Shown here piece after piece: positions 27,937 to 32,000 of a stretch of DNA of 32,000 bases; the first letter of the stretch is position 1; each line of letters begins with the position of its first letter. A model generated the notes under the pieces. That model searched no databases. It was not told where the DNA came from and worked only from the letters and a program-made list of their open reading frames with translations. The stretch spans positions 30,001 through 62,000 of the forward strand of contig NZ_CP026606.1 in NCBI RefSeq assembly GCF_002945325.1, given 5' to 3'. The position numbers and the translations under genes were made by a program. The DNA is from Methanococcus maripaludis (GTDB lineage: Archaea; AGJL01; Methanococci; Methanococcales; Methanococcaceae).

Positions 27937-28545
27937 TTGGGAGTAATCGAAACAATAAATAAATTGGTTGATATTGGAAAAGATGCGGCAGAAAACACTG
28001 CCAGTGCGTTTACAGGACTTACCTGTGAATCTACAGATATTCATTTTACAGGGCTTAGTTTTGTACCTGTTGAGTACATTCCAGAACAGTTCAGTGATGA
28101 AACATGCAAAGTTGTAAAAATAAACTTTGATGGCATTCTTTCTGGAACATCGGTTCTTATGATAAACGAAGAAGATTCTGTAAAGTTAGAAAAGCTTTTA
28201 TTACTCGATCTTGTATGGGATGGGCTCGTTAATAAAACAGAACTTCCTGATTACGAAGAAATTGAAGAATCTGTATTAAATGAGGTTGCAAACGTAGTTT
28301 TAGCTTCATTTTTAAATGTATTTGCAAACGCACTTGGTAGCGAAATAAATATAACAACTCCCGAATTTACAAAAGACAGTGGATTTAATATTGTTGAATC
28401 TTTAGTTTTGGAAATGGCAGATAAAGGAATTGATAATATGCTGGTTTTTGATAATAAAATAGATATTATTAGAAGATTCCCCATAAAAATTAATATTTTT
28501 ATAATGATAGACCCTGAAAAGCTTGAAAACCTCGATAAATTATAA
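27937..28545 (+). CDS. cheC: CheC-family CheY-P phosphatase (paralogue 2)
   Basis: TTG start behind GGTGTT-ACT. The second repeat is SVLNEVAN...22 aa...P (consensus). The first repeat is LVDIGK (degenerate). Confidence 0.8.
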   Translation: MGVIETINKLVDIGKDAAENTASAFTGLTCESTDIHFTGLSFVPVEYIPEQFSDETCKVVKINFDGILSGTSVLMINEEDSVKLEKLLLLDLVWDGLVNKTELPDYEEIEESVLNEVANVVLASFLNVFANALGSEINITTPEFTKDSGFNIVESLVLEMADKGIDNMLVFDNKIDIIRRFPIKINIFIMIDPEKLENLDKL

Positions 28546-28615
28546 TTAATAAATTTTTTTAAGTTTTATTCTTACACGACTTTTTATTTTTTCAGATCTT
28601 ATGCTGGTGATTTTG

Positions 28616-29428
28616 ATGGATGATATGTATTTTAAAAGGATTAAACGTGATATTGGCACAAAATTAAAAATACAGGTGGACCAGTACAAGGATACTTACA
28701 TTTTAAGGCGTGTTTCAGTTAGAATGAGGCTTTGCAAATGTAAAGATTTTAAAGAATATTACGAATATCTAACAAAAAATCCTTCAGAATATGAAAAACT
28801 TGAAAATACGCTTACTGTAAATGTAACGGAATTTTGGAGAGACAGGACAGTTTATAATGAACTTAGAAACGTCTTTGAAAAGATGGTAACTGATAGAACC
28901 ATTAGAAGTATTCGAATCTGGAGTGCAGGCTGTTCTTCAGGGGAAGAACCGTATGGTTTAGCAGTTATGATAAAAGAATTAATGGAAAAACACAACCAAA
29001 AATTTTTAAGAGTAATGATTACTGCAACGGACCTTGACAAAGAGATATTAGAAAGGGCAAAAGAAGGAACCTACATTTCAAAACAATTTAAAAATATGGA
29101 TCAGGATGTTATCGATAAATATTTTGATAAATTAAATGATAAAGAGTACCAGATTAAAAAAGAAATAAAAAGAATGGTTCAGTTTAAAAAACACGATCTT
29201 ATTAAGGAAGGGCCCATGAAAGACATGAATATGGTTCTTTGTAGAAACGTTATAATCTATTTTGAAAAAGATATTCAGGAAAAATTATTTATGAAATTCC
29301 ACGAAGCTTTAAATGATGGTGGATATTTGGTTTTAGGAAAAACTGAAATGCTTCACGGGGATTCAAGAAATGCTTTTAAACCTTCAAACCACAGGGAAAG
29401 AATTTATCAAAAATTAAAAATAAATTAA
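28616..29428 (+). CDS. cheR: chemotaxis protein-glutamate O-methyltransferase CheR
   Basis: N-terminal helical CheR domain plus SAM fold IWSAGCSSGEEPYGLA, and CRNVIIYF. Start at ATG 28616 (GGTGAT-TTTG-ATG); the ORF track uses 28601. Confidence 0.92.
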   Translation: MDDMYFKRIKRDIGTKLKIQVDQYKDTYILRRVSVRMRLCKCKDFKEYYEYLTKNPSEYEKLENTLTVNVTEFWRDRTVYNELRNVFEKMVTDRTIRSIRIWSAGCSSGEEPYGLAVMIKELMEKHNQKFLRVMITATDLDKEILERAKEGTYISKQFKNMDQDVIDKYFDKLNDKEYQIKKEIKRMVQFKKHDLIKEGPMKDMNMVLCRNVIIYFEKDIQEKLFMKFHEALNDGGYLVLGKTEMLHGDSRNAFKPSNHRERIYQKLKIN

Positions 29429-29436
29429 AAAATTAC

Positions 29437-29449
29437 TTTTTTAAAAAAA
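29437..29449. terminator. bidirectional oligo-T/oligo-A terminator between convergent cheR and mcp
   Basis: TTTTTTAAAAAAA is centred in the 24-nt gap. It reads as T6 for the plus strand and T7 for the minus strand. Confidence 0.4.
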
Positions 29450-29452
29450 TAA

Positions 29453-30856
29453 TTATTCTGTTTTAAATTTACTTACATCTTTTGAGATTTGTTCAGATGA
29501 TTTAGTTATTTCTTCAATTGAATCGTCAATTTCATTCATAATTCTGCTCTGTTCTTCTGCAGATGCAGTTAATTCCTCTGCAGTTGCTGCAAACTCTTCC
29601 GAAATTGATGCAATATCCTGTGCATTTTTAAGAGCATTTTCTACGTTGTTCGCGGCTTTTTCAGCATTAATTTTTATTGAATTTATTTTTTCAGATGTGG
29701 TTTCTACACTTTCTTTTATTTTTAAGAAAGCACCGTTAACTTCGTCAATTGCGATAACTCCTTTATCAACTTCGTCTTTTCCAGAAATCCCTAGATCAAT
29801 CGTAGCTTCAACTTTTCTGTTTACGCCGTTAATTGTCCTGTTAATATCTTCAACTGACTTTTTGATTTCTTCTGCTAAAGATTTAATTTCACTTGCAACA
29901 ACTGCAAATCCTTTTCCTGCATCCCCTGCACGAGCAGCTTCAATTGATGCATTTAGTGCTAAAAGTCCAGTTTGTTCTGCAACGTCTTTAATTAAAACTG
30001 TAACTTCATTAATTTTTTTGGATTCATTTCCAAGTTCCTGAATTGCTTTTCCAAGGTTTTCGATAACATTGGTGATACTCTGCATTGTTTCAATTGCATT
30101 TTCAACTTTTTTAACTCCCATTTCAGAGTTTTCTTCAATTTCAAATGCTGCAGTAACTGTATCATCTGCTGCATCGGTAACTGCCGAAGTAATTTCTGAT
30201 GTAGCTTCAAGCTGGTCAGATACATCCTGTAATTTTGCAGATTGGTCAGCTGCCGCAGTTGCAACCTGACTTGCTGCATCCGCAACCTGTTCTGAAGTTT
30301 CTTCAGCCCTTACAAGATCTTCTTTTGCTTTTAAAAGTTCAGCATTTAAATATTCAATCTGTTTTTTAAGGTCGTTTACCATTGTTGAGACATTTACTAT
30401 TGCATTGTTTGTTGTTACTTGTAACGCATTATACTTTCTATTTGTGTCTGCCCTTATTGTGAAATCTCCCTGTTCTAAACTTTTAAATATTGTGTGGAGT
30501 TCTGAAAATGTATTTGCAACATCTTTTTTGTAAGTTTTTAAAAAATTTTCGTCTTTTTTTAACTTTTCAAAGTTAGAAATTACTGTTTCAACCATTTCTT
30601 CATCGCAATGTTTGTATTCTTTCCCAATTATTTTTGAAGAAGAATTTAAAAAATTTGTTACATTGTCAAGATATGTTTTTTTAAGAATTACATATCCAAT
30701 TGCTGTAGAAATTACAATTGAAACAATAAACACTACGAATAATATATTTAAATTAAAAGATGAAGCCGCTATTAATGCATAAAAACTGACAAAAATGATT
30801 GCCGAGGATAAAATTGCCGTAATTAATAATGGCACATAAGGTTTTTGCATTTTCAT
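29453..30856 (-). CDS. methyl-accepting chemotaxis protein (two TM helices, minimal external loop, HAMP-like region, MA domain)
   Basis: Signalling hairpin tip [39 protein letters not shown]1/TM2 are separated by ~6 residues (SSFNLN). Start re-called to ATG 30856 (GGTGAT-AGAT-ATG). The ORF-track start at 30892 would overlap cheD by 20 nt. Confidence 0.9.
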   Translation of the reverse strand: MKMQKPYVPLLITAILSSAIIFVSFYALIAASSFNLNILFVVFIVSIVISTAIGYVILKKTYLDNVTNFLNSSSKIIGKEYKHCDEEMVETVISNFEKLKKDENFLKTYKKDVANTFSELHTIFKSLEQGDFTIRADTNRKYNALQVTTNNAIVNVSTMVNDLKKQIEYLNAELLKAKEDLVRAEETSEQVADAASQVATAAADQSAKLQDVSDQLEATSEITSAVTDAADDTVTAAFEIEENSEMGVKKVENAIETMQSITNVIENLGKAIQELGNESKKINEVTVLIKDVAEQTGLLALNASIEAARAGDAGKGFAVVASEIKSLAEEIKKSVEDINRTINGVNRKVEATIDLGISGKDEVDKGVIAIDEVNGAFLKIKESVETTSEKINSIKINAEKAANNVENALKNAQDIASISEEFAATAEELTASAEEQSRIMNEIDDSIEEITKSSEQISKDVSKFKTE

Positions 30857-30872
30857 ATCTATCACCGTATAA

Positions 30873-31337
30873 TTATATAGTTTTGAGTTCACTGCCAGTT
30901 CTAACTAAAACACTGCCGTCTTTAAGTGATAATGTTATAGTTCGGCCTGTGTAGCCACCAAGATCTTCAGAGGCTATTCTTAAACCCATTTTTTTGACTT
31001 CTTGCCTCGAAGCTTCAATATTTTTTTTGCCAACATCTATCGTATTTGAATTACATTTAAACATTGCAGCGCCACCTGCAAGTTTGGTGGTTAATTTATC
31101 TTTTCTAGCGCCAAGTTTAGCCATTCTATTGATTAATTCGGGGATTGCAGTATTTGCATACTTTCCAGGATTTTTTTCTGATGAATTTCTGGATTTTGGA
31201 AGCATTACGTGCGCAACGCCACCAATTTTTTTGCCCCTATCGTAAAGTATGATTGCAACACATGAGCCTAACAGAGTTTCAATCGATTCAGGGTTTTTAG
31301 CAACGCCAATATCCCCCATTTTTACTTTTAAAACCAT
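30873..31337 (-). CDS. cheD: chemoreceptor glutamine deamidase CheD
   Basis: VKMGDIGVA...[12 protein letters not shown]...GGVAHVMLP contains the catalytic Cys/His context of CheD, at 154 aa. Confidence 0.9.
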   Translation of the reverse strand: MVLKVKMGDIGVAKNPESIETLLGSCVAIILYDRGKKIGGVAHVMLPKSRNSSEKNPGKYANTAIPELINRMAKLGARKDKLTTKLAGGAAMFKCNSNTIDVGKKNIEASRQEVKKMGLRIASEDLGGYTGRTITLSLKDGSVLVRTGSELKTI

Positions 31338-31347
31338 GCTGATCGTC

Positions 31348-32000
31348 CTAAATGTTGTTTAAATCTAATATCAACGCTACGCGACCATCCCCTAATATTG
31401 TAGCTCCAGCAAGTCCATTAATATTTTTAAGTATTCCTGTGAGTGGTTTTACAACTATTTCATCCCTTCCAATAACTTCATCAAGGATCATTCCAACTTT
31501 TCCTTTATTTTTCTCGACAACTACAACATAGAGGTCGTCGGAATCGGAAAATCCTGATGTATTCAATGCATCTTTCAGCCAGATTACAGGCAAGATATGG
31601 TTTCTGTAAATTATTGCTTCCTGCCCTTCTAAATTTTTAATCTGTTCTTTTTCAACTGAAATAACATCTAAAACGCTCGTCAATGGCAGTGCATAGATAT
31701 GCTCATTTAAGCGGATTAACAGGGTCTGTATGATTGCCATTGTTAATGGAAGATGCAGGGTTATTTCTGTACCTTTTCCAACTTCGGAATTTACTGTAAC
31801 GCTACCTCCAAGTGATTCAATTTTTGACCTTACAACGTCCATTCCTACGCCACGTCCGGAAACGTCGGATACAACTTCCGCGGTGCTGAATCCTGGAAGG
31901 AAGATAACATTAACAGCTTCGTTATCGGTTAATTTTTCAGCTTCTTCTTTTGAATAGAGTCCTTTTTCAAATGCTTTTTTACGCATTGCATCAGGGTCTA
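31348..32000 (-). CDS. cheA: chemotaxis histidine kinase CheA, C-terminal part (gene continues beyond the right window edge)
   Basis: HATPase G-boxes [10 protein letters not shown] and [13 protein letters not shown], followed by a CheW-like P5 domain ([14 protein letters not shown]). The frame stays open upstream of the listed Met to nt 32000 (..[13 protein letters not shown]). Confidence 0.92.
   Translation of the reverse strand, partial: DPDAMRKKAFEKGLYSKEEAEKLTDNEAVNVIFLPGFSTAEVVSDVSGRGVGMDVVRSKIESLGGSVTVNSEVGKGTEITLHLPLTMAIIQTLLIRLNEHIYALPLTSVLDVISVEKEQIKNLEGQEAIIYRNHILPVIWLKDALNTSGFSDSDDLYVVVVEKNKGKVGMILDEVIGRDEIVVKPLTGILKNINGLAGATILGDGRVALILDLNNI

Noticed and set aside
29646-30285. Antisense ORFs inside the MCP gene (131 aa and 66 aa on plus, 97 aa in another minus frame).
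   Set aside because: They are typical shadow ORFs of an Ala/Ser/Glu-rich coiled-coil gene. The MA-domain frame is unambiguous. The same reasoning applies to the other 60-117-aa antisense ORFs listed inside trxB, topA, cbiH, cca, gatB, GAPOR, cobS, aroE, cheC and cheA.
1-32000. Search for a defence island, toxin-antitoxin pair, prophage remnant, selenocysteine (in-frame TGA) genes, tRNA/rRNA genes or inteins.
   Set aside because: I saw no integrase, transposase, nuclease-helicase or Cas-like ORFs and no adjacent same-frame ORF pairs split by TGA. I saw no GC-rich cloverleaf-like segments or T-loop GGTTCRAATCC motifs and no intein blocks in topA or gatB. Gene content is overwhelmingly core metabolism plus a known chemotaxis cluster.

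Overview
This is an AT-rich, densely coding archaeal chromosome segment. Gene content (F420 cofE, archaeal FAD synthetase ribL, GAPOR-type tungsten/molybdopterin oxidoreductase, aIF5A, class-I CCA enzyme, archaeal cheF) and a recurring GGTGAT-N3-start ribosome-binding pattern point to a Methanococcus maripaludis-like methanogen. That assignment is inference only, since no database search was possible. About 33 protein genes are present. Left to right they are: a partial ORF; trxB, an exported thioredoxin and ccdA; topA and sucD (minus); an orphan 157-aa ORF in a gene-poor AT-rich stretch; a candidate C/D-box sRNA; cbiH; aIF5A; cbiB, a 476-aa unknown and cca (minus); a small conserved ORF; hisG; gatB; GAPOR (minus); an AI-2E permease; ribL; a TauE-like permease; a PUA + PP-loop (PAPS-reductase-like) protein; a 95-aa ORF behind a 44-bp tandem duplication; a HAD hydrolase; cobS; cofE, aroE and UPF0254 (minus). 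The window ends in a chemotaxis cluster: cheF-cheY-cheC-cheC-cheR (plus) converging on cheA-cheD-mcp (minus), with cheA truncated by the window edge. I found no rRNA, tRNA, CRISPR array, transposase, integrase, or recognisable defence or toxin-antitoxin module, so I cannot support a claim of a new multi-gene system. The items most worth follow-up are: (1) the unannotated C/D-box-like RNA nested in a larger inverted repeat at ~7.05-7.2 kb; (2) the 44-bp tandem duplication of an RBS/leader that creates two stop-start-linked uORFs at 21.4-21.5 kb; (3) the trxB/exported-Trx/CcdA thiol relay, where the TrxR lacks the NADPH 2'-phosphate motif; (4) the PUA + PP-loop enzyme next to a TauE permease; (5) the tightly coupled 476-aa unknown between cca and cbiB. 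Many ORF-track starts appear too long, so I re-called them using the conserved SD spacing.
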